Position numbers and translations under genes: made by a program. Positions 10,622 to 22,397 of a DNA stretch of 64,000 bases are shown here, one piece after another. Positions within the stretch are counted from its first letter, which is position 1, and the number at the start of each line of letters is the position of its first letter. The notes beneath the pieces were generated by a model, which ran no database searches, was not told where the DNA came from, and saw nothing but the letters and a program-made list of their open reading frames with translations. The stretch comes from Callorhinchus milii (lineage: Eukaryota), in contig NW_024704742.1 of the NCBI RefSeq assembly GCF_018977255.1, positions 34,598,001 to 34,662,000 of the forward strand, given 5' to 3'.

Positions 10622-11190
10622 ACAACAACAACAACAACTTGGATTTATATAGCGCCCTCCACGCCGGACGGCGTCTCAGAGCACTTCACAGTAACGGATC
10701 CCGGGACTGAGCCAGGGGGAGGGGGAGGAAGGTGACCAAAGGCGTGGTTGAAAAGAATGGTCTTCAGCAGGGACCTGAAAATAGGAAGGGCGGGGGTGAG
10801 GCGAAGGGATTGAGGAAGGGAGTTCCAGAGCCTCAGGGCATAGTGGCTGAAGGCACGGCCACCGAGGGTTGAGCGGAGGACTCGGTGGACGAGGAGGAGG
10901 CCAGACCCGGAGGAACGAAGGCAACAGGTACTGTTTTGAGGAGAGAGGAGGTCAGAGAGATAGGGGGGTGCAGAGGAGTGCAGGGACTTGAATACAAGGG
11001 TAAGATCTTGAAGTCGATCCTTTCTGGGATAGGCAGCCAGTGCAGTCTGGCAAGGACTGGGGTAATCGGGGAGCGGAGTTTGGTGCGGGTGAGAATGCCA
11101 GTGGCAGAGTTTTGAATGATCTGGATTTTATGTATGGGAGTGGATGGGAGACCGGCGAGGAGGGCGTTGGAGTAGTCCAGCCGAGAGGTG
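10622..11190 (-). mobile_element. L2 LINE 3' fragment (subfamily with ACGCC-gtcc-GGCGT tail hairpin)
   Basis: SRLDYSNALLAGLP...IQNSATGILTRTK...ITPVLARLHWLPIPERIDFKIL, ending in a (GTT)n tail. Confidence 0.93.
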
Positions 11191-11601
11191 CTTTGATTTG
11201 ATAAAAAATTTGACAGCACTGTGGTACAGTTATCAGCAATCGATTCCCTGGCTACACTATCCATTGCTGCTTATTATATTGGAGCATTCATTCTGCACTT
11301 AACGAAAACAAAACTGAAAAAAAAAAACTTGTAGCATCAAAGCCAGCGGTGGTATTTTATTGTTTTTTTACTTCCAGTATGTCACGACTGTGGTGCTTCT
11401 GTAATAATGGGATCTAATATGTAGTATTTTACAATAGTATTCACTGGTGGCATCTCATTCACTGACGGTGAATCCAGTTATTGGTAACCAGCAGGATATC
11501 CCAGCCAACTCCAGTGCTTTAAAGCAGGGATCTCACAATTGGGTTTAAATGATTTACTACCAGATTCCACCAGGATTTTCTTAGTGACTGAATCGCTACT
11601 T

Positions 11602-12490
11602 AACAACAACAGCAAAATTATATTTGTACGGCTATTTTCATGTCGGGAGGATGTCCCAAGGTGCTGCACAATCAGTGTTTTGGACCCGAGCTGGGGATTG
11701 GGATCAGTGAGGGTGAAGGGCAGGGGAGTAAGGAGGGTGATCGAAGGCACGGTCGAAGAGGAGGGTCTTAAAGGAGGCAAGAGAGTGGAGAAACTGCGGG
11801 ATGGATTCCAGAGGGTGTGGGCAGAGTGGCAGAAGGCTCGCAGGACAATGGTGGGGCAGGCGAGGTGGGGGACATGAAGCAGGCCGGAGCCTGCTGAGTG
11901 GAGGGAGCAAACAGGATGGTGGGGTTAGAAGGTTGCAGAGGAAGGGGTGAACAAGGCCAATGAGGGGTTTGAAGGTTAGGACCAGGATTTTGAACTGTAT
12001 CCTCTGTGTAATGGGAAGCCAGGAGTCGGGCGAGGATGGGGCTGATAGGGTGCAGAGCCTGGTGTAGGAGAGGACACGGGCTGCAGAATTCTGGGTGATC
12101 TGCAGCCTATGGAGGGAGGAGTTGGGGAGACCGACAAGCAAGGAGTTTGCGTAGTCAAGCCTGGGTGTTATGAATGCATGTATGAGGGTCTTGGTGGCCT
12201 GCAGTATGTTACAGTGGCAGAGCCAGGCAATATTACGGAGGTGAGGGAAGGCAGAGCAGGACATGGCATGAATGTGCCAACAACAACAAATTATATTTTT
12301 AGAGCACCTTTCATGTCAGGAGCACATCCCAAGGCTCTGGACAGTCAAAGCTTTGCACCCAAGCTGGGGGTTGGATTCAAGAGGGGTGAAGGGCAAGGGG
12401 GTTGGGATCAGAGGATAACTGAAGGTACGGTCAAAGAGGAAAGTCTTGAGACAGGCCTTGAACGAGTCAAAGGAAGGGGCGAAACAAAGG
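11602..12490 (-). mobile_element. Two tandem L2 LINE 3' fragments (11602-12270 and 12277-12490)
   Basis: TLIHAFITPRLDYANSLLVGLP...WLPITQRIQFKIL. Two (GTT)n tails. Confidence 0.9.
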
Positions 12491-12601
12491 ATGACTTTTT
12501 AAAAGAGGCAGCACAGATGCAATGAGCTGAATGGCCTTCTTCTGTGCTGTAAATTTCTATGGTTCTATCCTTCTTGAATCTTATTGCTAATTGAACCTTT
12601 A

Positions 12602-13050
12602 GGTGTTAGCCTGACTCAGTTGGTAACACTCACTTCTGAGTTGGAAATGTGCGGGTTCAAGCCCCACATCGGGACTTTTTGCTCACAGTCTATGTTGACA
12701 CTCCAGGGCAGTGCAGTGGAAGGAAGCACTGTTATTGTTGGTGGTACTGTACCTCAGATGATATATTAAGTGAAGGTCCAGTCTGCTTGTTCAGGTGGAT
12801 GGTCAAGATTTAAAGGAATTATCCCATCCCATGCTAGTATTGAAAGGTTTTTCCGAGTGTTCTGGCTGATAATATCCCAGATAAAACTGGTCATTAACTT
12901 CACGAATATGTGAGATACAGAACATTGCTGTGCAAAAATTGGCCGCTGCATTTGCTTACAAATACAGTTTCTACACTATAGTAAATCCTGTAAAGCACTT
13001 TGAGACGTCCTCCAGACCTGAAAGACCTTATACCAAATGCACAGATGTTT
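12602..13050 (+). mobile_element. Old Deu/SacSINE-like SINE
   Basis: tRNA-like head (ctgactcagttggt...gggttcaagcccc), then ttcaggtggat central domain, then cattgctgtgcaaaaattgg and an L2-type tail. Confidence 0.75.
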
Positions 13051-13187
13051 TGTTATTTTTAAAACATTTTCTACCTTTAAAACTTTTGTTTTTTAAAATA
13101 AAATGAGTCTTTACTTCCTTTTCAAACTATTCTTGAGTCTAGGAGCAGGGAATTCAGGAGACATCTAATTGGATCCCAAATGACTCA

Positions 13188-13610
13188 AAGTCTGGCTCAG
13201 TGGTAGAACTCTTAATTTCTGAGTCAGAAGGTTGTGGGTTCAAGCCCCAAGTTGGGACATGAAGTCCCCTTGTCTAAACTGATACTGCATCGCAATGTCG
13301 GAGGTTTAGTGCTTCGGATGAAATGTTAGACTGAGGTCCTGTCTGCCTGTTTGGGTGGATGTTGAAGATCCCATGGCAAAACTCGAAAAGAGAGGGCAGT
13401 TTCGCCAGTGTCCTGAGCAACAATCCCCCAAAGTAAAATTGGTTACTTACTCCACGCTTGTTTGTGGGGTATTGCTGTGTGCAATTGGACTATGCATTTG
13501 CCTACAAATGCACAGTCACTCCACTCCACAGTCGGAATCAATCCTGGTAGAGTGTTTTGAGACGTCCTTCTGACGTGAAAGGAGCTATATCAAACACAAG
13601 AGTTATTATT
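13188..13610 (+). mobile_element. Old Deu/SacSINE-like SINE
   Basis: ctggctcagtggtag...gagtcagaaggttgtgggttcaagcccc...cggatgaaatgttagactgaggtcctgtctgcc...gatcccatggca, then tail. Further partial copies lie at about 14335-14580, 15632-15785, 33262-33710, 35352-35610, 50785-51200 (-) and 52040-52250. Confidence 0.8.
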
Positions 13611-16600
13611 TTTTTACTTTGGAAATGATGAAGTGTAGAAAGTACCTGCAGTTCATTTTAAGCATGATCCGCAGTTATGATAATACCAAGAGATTACTGC
13701 CTGATTGCTGCTGGATCAGTGTGAATAACCTGTTTAACTGGTGTCACAAATTACTGGTGAGCCACTAAGCAATGGAAATCTGGCAGAATCTGGTTCAGAC
13801 CACTTCAAGAAAAGTCCAAACCAGGAATTAGAGGCTCCTCGATTTGCAAAAGATTTGTATAACTGCAAAGAAAAACCTAAAAAAAGGAGATGATCATGAG
13901 GCAGTTAATACTTCACAGTTGTTTTTTAGACTTTGCTATGTGTAAATTGGTTGCAGTTTGCTTATAAATACAATGCAGGGGTGTTATAACACATTTTCCA
14001 TAGTGCTGGTTTAGATACACCACCATTAGATTGTGTACCACATTCATTGTCTAACCGGCCCATTCGCTTACTGCGTGCCAGTCAACTCTTCCACTGAAAT
14101 GGACGAATTCTGGGTCATTAGGTTAGTGAAACTAGCATTATGGCCTTGTCATAGCTCAAACTGGGTGGGATCTTATGGATCCCAACTACCTGGATATAGA
14201 GAGCCTCCACTGTGCAGTCACTACATTTTATTGCAATTCCTCTAAAGAGCTTCGACATGTTTCAATGTTATAAGCAGATTATCAAATCCAGTATGGATGG
14301 AAATGAATGGTTAGAAATTAAGTGTGGAACTGGCTCAATTGGCAGCTCTCTTGCCTTTCAGTTCACACCCTACACAGGGACTTTGAGCTCAGTCTAGGCT
14401 GACCTTCTTTTGCAGTGTTGGAGAGTGCTGCATTGATAGGGTGCCACAGGTTGAATGAGAAATTAAACTGAGATCTGGTTTGCCTGTTCAGGTGGATGTT
14501 AAAGAAACCATGGGACTAAAAACAAAAGGGAGTTTCTCCAGGTATCCTGGCCACCAACACCCCAGATAAAGCGGTCATTCACTTCTGCTCAGCAAACACA
14601 GGCCAACCCTGCCCTATCATTGGTGGGCGAGCTTTTAGCAATTCAGCTTCTGCTCTCTGGAATTGCTTCCCACAGTCCCACTTCCTTGCCTTTTCCTTCC
14701 CACCTATAATATCCCTTTTTTCGACAGTTTTTGATCATATTCCCGTCCCCCATGCCTTCCCGAGTCCCAGCTTAGGCTCCCAGTCACCTCCTTGAAGAGC
14801 TTTGAGACGGTGCTGTGTAGGATGAAAAATTGTTGTAGTTGAGCCTGGGATTCAGAGGGAGAACTTGCTATTGGGAAGTCTGATATTTGTAAAATTACAA
14901 CAAAATGGATCAGCCACAATGCTGATCTCTTCTTCGGTTCTTCTCCACTCCCACCCATCTCACCACCCAATATGTTTTCCCTGTGGTTTGAAAATCTAGC
15001 AAGATACAATGTTGTTGGAGAAATCACTAGTGACAGTTATAGCCAGTAGCAATAATATGCTACTTAATATTAATATCAAGCCCTGCCTACTTAAAGCTTT
15101 CGGGCTATAATTGAAACATTCATGTTCTTGCACTTATTCTTTAAATCGCACATGTAGGTCATTGTTTTGGGGCTTTCTATTCAGGAGTGAGGGTGGAAAC
15201 GAAATGTCAATGTATTTGTTTTCCTCGCACAATAAATGGAGCGGCTCAATTTTTTCAGCGGGATATTTTACGGTCCCTTATGCTTAACGGTATCTGCGTT
15301 TTTGTTAGGACTTAAATATGAATGTGGGCTGCACATGGTTATGTAATCCAACCTAAATGTAGCCTGTGTACGAGAAGCAATTTCAGGAGTGGGCTTTGGC
15401 AGATGGTTGGTTTTCTTCTGAATTGCTCATACACCTCTTGGGAACTGGAATGTCCTCATTCTTCATTCTTCCTCAGTTCACCTTGAAAGGCAGACGTCTG
15501 AAGGCAGATAGCTGCTGTCAAACTAACCTCTTTCTTCTCCTTTTTGAGTCTTCTGTTTGGTGGAGCTGGGCTGGGGGTAGCCAGGATGCCCTCCTCGATT
15601 TATACCTATTTTGGCCACTGTCAGAGTCCTGTCAGCCTAACTCTGTTGACAGCACTCTCGTCTCTTGAGTCAGAAAGTTGTGGGTTTGAAGACCCATGTC
15701 GGGACTTTAAACTCACAGTCTAGGCTGGAGGTACCATCTTTCGGATGAGAAGTTTAACCGTGATTCTGCTTTGAGACATCCTTCCGATGAGAGCAAAACA
15801 CAGATGGTACTCATAAAGCTCCGATGATCCCATTTCACTGCTGGAGGATGAGTGATGGTAAACAGCCCATAAAAGAAAGAAATGGAAAGCATAGGAGAGA
15901 GAAAGGGAGTGAAAGAGAGGAAGACTATTACATTGCATAACATTTTGAATGAAACGAGGTTCTGTAACTGCTGGGATGTAACTGATGGGTGGTTAGTTTG
16001 AATATTTTGTAACAGATGGACAGATTGTTGGAGAATTCAGAACTACTGAAGAATGCCATTTATCTCCATGTCCATTTATCCGGATCTACATCCACCTTTA
16101 ATGCATACAGTGGACACAGAGCTAAGTGAGTGAGGTTGCTAGCAATGAGATTTAGTCATTCTTGTACATCCACACTACCAGTATATTTTGTTCCTGTGGC
16201 GTGAAGGTAAGTCACGTAAAGGTAAGTCTTTATACGTTTGTACAGTGTAGGATTAGGATCAGAAAGAGATAGAAGGTTAGAGAGTCTCAGAGAGAGAGAA
16301 AGGCAAAGTGAGAGTGAGAAGAAGACTGAGTGAAACAGAATGACTGAAAAAAGTGTGAGAGAGGGATATGTATGGTACTACAGTCACAATATAAACTCCT
16401 GATGTTGCAATTTTTTAATTCACATTGTAGCCAGTTTGCATTTTGCGTGATATCCAATTATCTACACTGTTTGCTTATCCACAATGTGGACAGTTCCAAT
16501 TAGTGTAGAAAATCCGCTATGTCCTCTACGATGATAGATTGTAGGCTGTTGTTGATTTTGATTAATGTTGGCATCTCTTGGCTTTATGTGTTTTCTTTGC

Positions 16601-17469
16601 ACGCACATGTATAAATAGCAAAAAAATGTAAAATCTAATAATCACTATAGTTAATGACAAACTAGTGGGACTTCGATCCTTATTAACGGCCATAACCTAA
16701 ATATATGAAAAAATATCCTGCGTCTGGAATGGAATGCACATTCTCTCCCTGGAGGGATGCACGCTGCTTAATTAAGTTCGGCGAGTATTAGTAAGAGCCA
16801 AGGCTTGGGGACCCCAAACTGCGTGTAGGGAATTGCTGGAATTTAACCAGGTAAAACTGCATAGCTCGCCATTGAGAGTACAGTCTGGCAAACGTCCCAC
16901 TGCTTGTCAGCGATGACCACCTTACCAGTCAGAGCTTTGGCTTGTAGGGTTAACAGGAGCCGAGTGGAAAGAATCTCTGCTCCCATTATGAAAATGTAAT
17001 GATGGTCCAAGTGGGATGCTGGCTTGGAGGAATCTGGGGTGGAGACATATGAAGCTGAATTGAGGCCCTCAGATAAAGTGTAAAAATGGCTAAAATACCC
17101 TGGTGTGTTGATGTTCCATTTTCCAGCACTGACATCTCATCTCACCGTGATCAACACATTTCTGGCAGCCAAAAAATAGCATTTTTTTTTAACCAGTAAT
17201 AGCATCAAATGTGTTAAATATCTATATAGGCAACTTGTGCCATTTCCAAAATCTCATGAAGTTGAGCAATTGTTTTTCTGCGTAAGAATTCTTTGGTCAC
17301 AATTCCCCACCGGAGAATTTTATTCCCTTTTGCTGCTAATTGATGTGATGACAAAGGTTTGCTTTTTTTCATCGAGAGCGACCTCATTTTCTACAATGCT
17401 TTCATTAACTAGTACAACAAAGAAGATGGGGATATAACAACTGTATGGTCAAGCATTCTATAGTAACAG

Positions 17470-17722
17470 CCTATCTGCCCCACTCTTTGGAATTCCATCC
17501 TGAAGTCCCTTCACCACACCCTTTCTCTCGCCTCCTTGAAAGTCCGTCTCAAGACATTCCTCTGTGACCATGCCTTCGGTTATCTTCCCATCTTCACTCT
17601 CCTTGACCTCCAACCCCTACCAAATCCAACCTCCAGCTTTGAATGCAAATCCTCAATTGTCTAGCCCTTGGGATGTCCTCCTGACATGAAAAGCATTATA
17701 TAAATGCAATTTGTTGTTGTTT
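17470..17722 (+). mobile_element. L2 LINE 3' end
   Basis: ctctttggaattccatcc...ttgggatgtcctcctgacatgaaaagcattatataaatgcaatttgttgttgtt. A similar remnant lies at about 14600-14840. Confidence 0.75.
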
Positions 17723-20211
17723 TAGACCACAGTATCAATAAAACACCCAGTTGCAGAGAAATTTTAGCTATATCACCTCCCAAGGACATTTAGGAATTCC
17801 CAATGCTTTCAGCCAGGGAATTGTCTCACTGTTTTGTGGCCTGGCTTTTGTAGGGCAAAGGTTAGTGAATTCTGCTGAAGTCAGTTGGAGTTTTGTCTGG
17901 CAATGATGTGGTTCAGTAGTGCAGTACTGTATTTGCTGCTGTGACTAACCAGAAGATAGAGACGCTGTTCAGTGAGCTCCGCAAGTATACTGCAAAATGA
18001 TACGGCCAAGTTATTGTCCTCAAATGATCTGAAAACAAACCGCAATTGTTCTGAATTGCACAAAGACAGCAATTTTTAACAAACAAATATTCAAAGTCCT
18101 CTTGCAACTCACTCAATACTGGAAAGGACAGTAATATTATAGGCAATTATTTTAGAGATGTAACATTTGCATGATGGTTTTTTTGTAAACGCCGTTTTCT
18201 CACCCCAGCTTTGCATGTTTTTAGTGCTTGAAAATAAATTAGTTCCTTTGGTTAAAATCAAACCAGTTTTTTGTATGTTGTCTCAGAGCTCAAATCTACA
18301 GTAATGCAATTCTACTAGCCCTGCAACTTTTTTTGTGGGAGTCTCTTAAACATGCACAGACAGGCATCACTGTCAATCCAAATTTGCAAATGTGGAATCT
18401 GAATGTGAGTTTCCAAAATCATCATGTCTCAAAGTGAGAATAAATGTGATGGTTATTTGGCCTTATCTAACCTGTTCCAAGATATTAGGTGAGTTTAGTT
18501 TGCTAAATGCCACCCCTGTGCATATTGGTGCTATAGTACTATAGTGCCACACAGAAATATAAATATATATGAGTGCTAATTCAAGGATGCCATTGTACAG
18601 TAATATGCTGTTACCTTGCTTCTAGAATTCCAGCTGACGTGTCTCACAAAACAGGCTGCTAGGGTAAGCAGTTCATTTTGATGTTATAAATAATGTAGCT
18701 AGAAACTATTAAAGATATATTAACTGTAGCTACAAACCGGTGTTGTGTATTTGGCTTCTCCATTTGCAGTCGTTATTCTCAGGCCATTTCTCTCTCTCTC
18801 TCTCTCTCTTCCACTCCCTCTTCCCTCTGATAATTAGTTGGTAGCAGAATCAATCTGATGACAATTCTGTCCAGCATTTCCCATTCCGACTTCTTAACTG
18901 AACGTAATAAATTGAACGCTTCCATTAGTTTTCACTCTCAAAGTGTAGTTTTTGCTTCTCTTACTAACACACAGATCCCCAGGTTGGAGTGCTGCTGCAG
19001 TCGTTGCTGTGGATAAACCAGCTTGTGTCACCTGAACACAGGTCCTGCAGACACACTCTGTACTCCCAGGAGCTCTACAGACACCACAAAAATCAACTGG
19101 ACAACACAGCAACAAAAAAAAGGCTCAAGGCCTTTTTTCCGAATGTAATATTTTGACACTTGCTGCAGGATACTTTATCTCCTGCAAAGAAAATAATTGT
19201 TTTTAACTTGGACAGGAAACCAAAATAAACAGCCTGATCCCTGGGCTTTGATGAAGTGCTGCTACATGGAGATTACCTGCAAGGCTTGGCTTTTATCTGA
19301 GGTGTAGCACAGTGTAAAGTTTGGGAGAGGGAGAGCAGCAGTTACAGTTTCTTTACCTACTCGGATGACCTTTGAATAGCAAGCGACAAACTTCTTATTT
19401 AAATTTGTTTAAAATTTCAGCTTGTGTAAATGTTGCCACCCACGGGCACAAACATTTGCATTCATATGTTTTTAGCACGCAAACTCGGTGCAAAAATAGG
19501 GCGAAGTTAGGAACTATGTCAGAATCGGCTACCCAACCAACAGCAAATTTCAGTCAGATTATTGGGCAAGCATCAGCACCCTCTACCTCATCCTTACCCC
19601 ATACAGATCATGCTCAGGTGCCATTGCCCCATTAAAATGGTGTGAGTTGTATAGTGAAGTGCCTGTCCTTCTATAAAACCTTTCATAGATTAATAGGTAT
19701 AACTGAAAACTGCATTTTGGACACTTGATATGGTTGCAAGAATCAGTAATTTTTTTCAGAGTTGGGGATTGAAGGTGCTTCTGGATATGTGGGATAATGT
19801 GCAATGAATTATTTTATATTAGATCTTGAAACTATGGAAGAAAAAATCAGTGCATTGATTTTTTTTGAGTAGTCCAGTCCCATTATTTATATAGCAGTGG
19901 AATCTGTGCTTAACAGTTTCCAAATTATTCCATCAAATATTCCTTTGTTACACTGTCAGAGGAAGCCAAACATTTCACCCAACTGGAGTGCAGAGAAAAG
20001 CAGATAATTTCACACATGGGTCACTAGAAAGATGATGTTTTTGAAAAATGTTCCAGTTTGTTTCAGTTGCAGAATGACACGCTATAAAGGGAGGGATGAC
20101 TTTTAATTGGGTATCACTGAGCTCAGTATTAATGATAAAATACAGTCACCAGAAATAAATACCTTCGTTAATCTGATGTCACATAATCTGTTATTCTTTC
20201 TTTTTTTAAAG

Positions 20212-20363
20212 TATTATTGGTGCTGTGCGTACTGGAGCATACATGGTATATATCCTGACTACAAGAGGCCTGAAACAATCGGTGTGCGACCAAAGTTTCT
20301 ACAATGGACCAATCAGCAAATTCTGGGCGTATGCATTTGTGTTAAGCAAAGCACCCGAGTTAG
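20212..20363 (+). CDS. ELOVL6: ELOVL6 third coding exon (152 nt)
   Basis: Bounded by ttttaaag|T and TTAG|gtgagt. Translates (S)[50 protein letters not shown](G). Phases join correctly to both neighbouring exons. Confidence 0.97.
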
Positions 20364-20474
20364 GTGAGTGTGGAAGACAGGTTTATGCTACGTGCAGAAT
20401 TTGGGGGCAAAATCATGATTTTTTTCTTTATTGTAAAGTGGTATCAAGGAAACAGTGTAGAATAAGTCAAAACT

Positions 20475-20768
20475 TGGAGTCCCATAGCGTAGTGGTTAGT
20501 ACACTCACCTCTCAGGTTAGACAACCACACTCCTCTGTTTACCCAGCATTAAGTAGGAACACGGTTGGTAGTTGATCGGCAAATTGCTTTCTGGGGTAAT
20601 GATCGCTTAAAAAAAAAAATGTGGTCACTCATTCCACAACTATTTATGAGACACTTGACTGCTGCGTTCCACCCACAAAATACACAGTCAATTCGCTTTA
20701 CAATATAGTCTGTGAAGTGCTTTGAGATGTATCAACGACATGTTATATCAAATGCAAGAATTATTATA
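20475..20768 (+). mobile_element. Diverged tRNA-headed SINE related to the young family
   Basis: Head ggagtcccatagcgtagtggttagtacac, a different central segment, and a shared 3' half and tail. Confidence 0.7.
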
Positions 20769-21972
20769 CCTTTTTTTTTGCGTCTCTGTGTATCAAAGAG
20801 CTTCCTGGGGACATCATAGACTGGGGTTTTGTTTTAAAAAAGAAGTATCTAACATGGCTTGTTCTGAACATTGGGGGAGCCTTCACACAACATGCTGATC
20901 AAGGCTGCAATGACGTCTGATCTCCAGCTGTTCAAAGTATGTACAACTAGTACTGTCTGGTCTTGTTTGGCCTCAGTACAATCGACATTGTCCTTCCAAA
21001 CTTAGAACCACCTACCTGCTTCACTCCCTGTGGTTCTCTAAAGGCTCCTTGTTTAGCTTTTGATACTGCAGTATTCCAGCTGTTCAAAGGCAGAAGCTCT
21101 CATTTTAGTTTCTGATGCAAGCTGTCTTTATATCTACTTGGATTTATTCATTAAATGACCTTGCCAAAACATTATACTCAATCGAAGGCTGTAGTTAAAC
21201 ATTTCATTCTTTGATTTAATCTGATAGTGAATCATAGTTATTGTGTTGATAATATCTGTGTCCCAAGTTCACTACGACCAAGTGTGGTGGACTTGTGGTA
21301 AAAAAGAGAGGGAGTCCACACACTGTTCCAAACACGATAACATTTCTATGTGGCATTCATTCCAGGTGGCGCATTCATTCGGTCATGATCCAATGGAATT
21401 GCGGAACAGGCTTGAGGGTCTGAATGGCCTGCTGCTGTTCCTTTTTTCCTACGTGTGAAACTCTCAATATAGTTTGGATACTCCTAAGCATGTTGATTAG
21501 TTTCTGGGTGTATCTGACATGTGTAGAACACACAGCTACTCCATGTTAAAATGCAATTGAGGTTTATAAGCAGAGGGTGAGAGGGATGAGCTGTGAACAA
21601 TGACTATACAAGCTAACGCTCTTCAGTCTTGAGAGAAGGTGATTTTGATGGAACCTCATAAAGATGTAAAAATGTTTAAATGGGATTGGCAAATGTTAAT
21701 ATGGGGCAGAACTATGGAAAATTCCCAAATTGAATCTTAGTATGGAAGCTGATGTGCTGCAATTCTTATGATGATCAGATTAAGAGGCGAGCCAGCCCGT
21801 ATGAAGCACTTTGAGATGTCCTCCTGAAATGAAAGGATTGTTATTTTAAGTTATTTTATTAATAATAGTTCAACTTCTCGCTGAGACATGGAATTACAAA
21901 AAGAGACCGAGACTCCTGGTATAAAAGAAAAGTGTTTGTAAAAATGAGTTTTCTGTTTGCCTCTTCTTCCAG

Positions 21973-22397
21973 GAGACACAATGTTCATTATACTGCGGAA
22001 GCAGAAGCTCATCTTCCTGCACTGGTACCACCACATCACGGTGCTGCTGTACTCCTGGTACTCCTACAAAGACATGGTGGCCGGAGGAGGGTGGTTCATG
22101 ACGATGAACTACGGCGTCCATGCCGTCATGTACTCCTATTATGCTTTGCGGGCGGCTGGCTTCAGAGTCTCGCGCAAGTTTGCCATGCTCATCACCATGA
22201 CCCAGATCACACAGATGCTGATGGGCTGCGTTGTTAACTATTTGGTGTACGAGTGGATGCAGCTAGGCCAGTGTCCATCCCACATGCACAACATCGTCTG
22301 GTCCTCCCTCATGTACCTCAGCTACTTTGTGCTCTTCTGCCAGTTCTTTTACGAGGCCTATTTGAGCAACAGCAGGAAAGCACTGAAGGTCGCCTAG
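21973..22397 (+). CDS. ELOVL6: ELOVL6 last coding exon, with the HxxHH catalytic box and stop codon
   Basis: Acceptor cttccag|GA. Translates (G)[56 protein letters not shown]...[13 protein letters not shown] is at 22020-22034. Lys at position -3 is consistent with an ER-retrieval signal. Confidence 0.98.
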
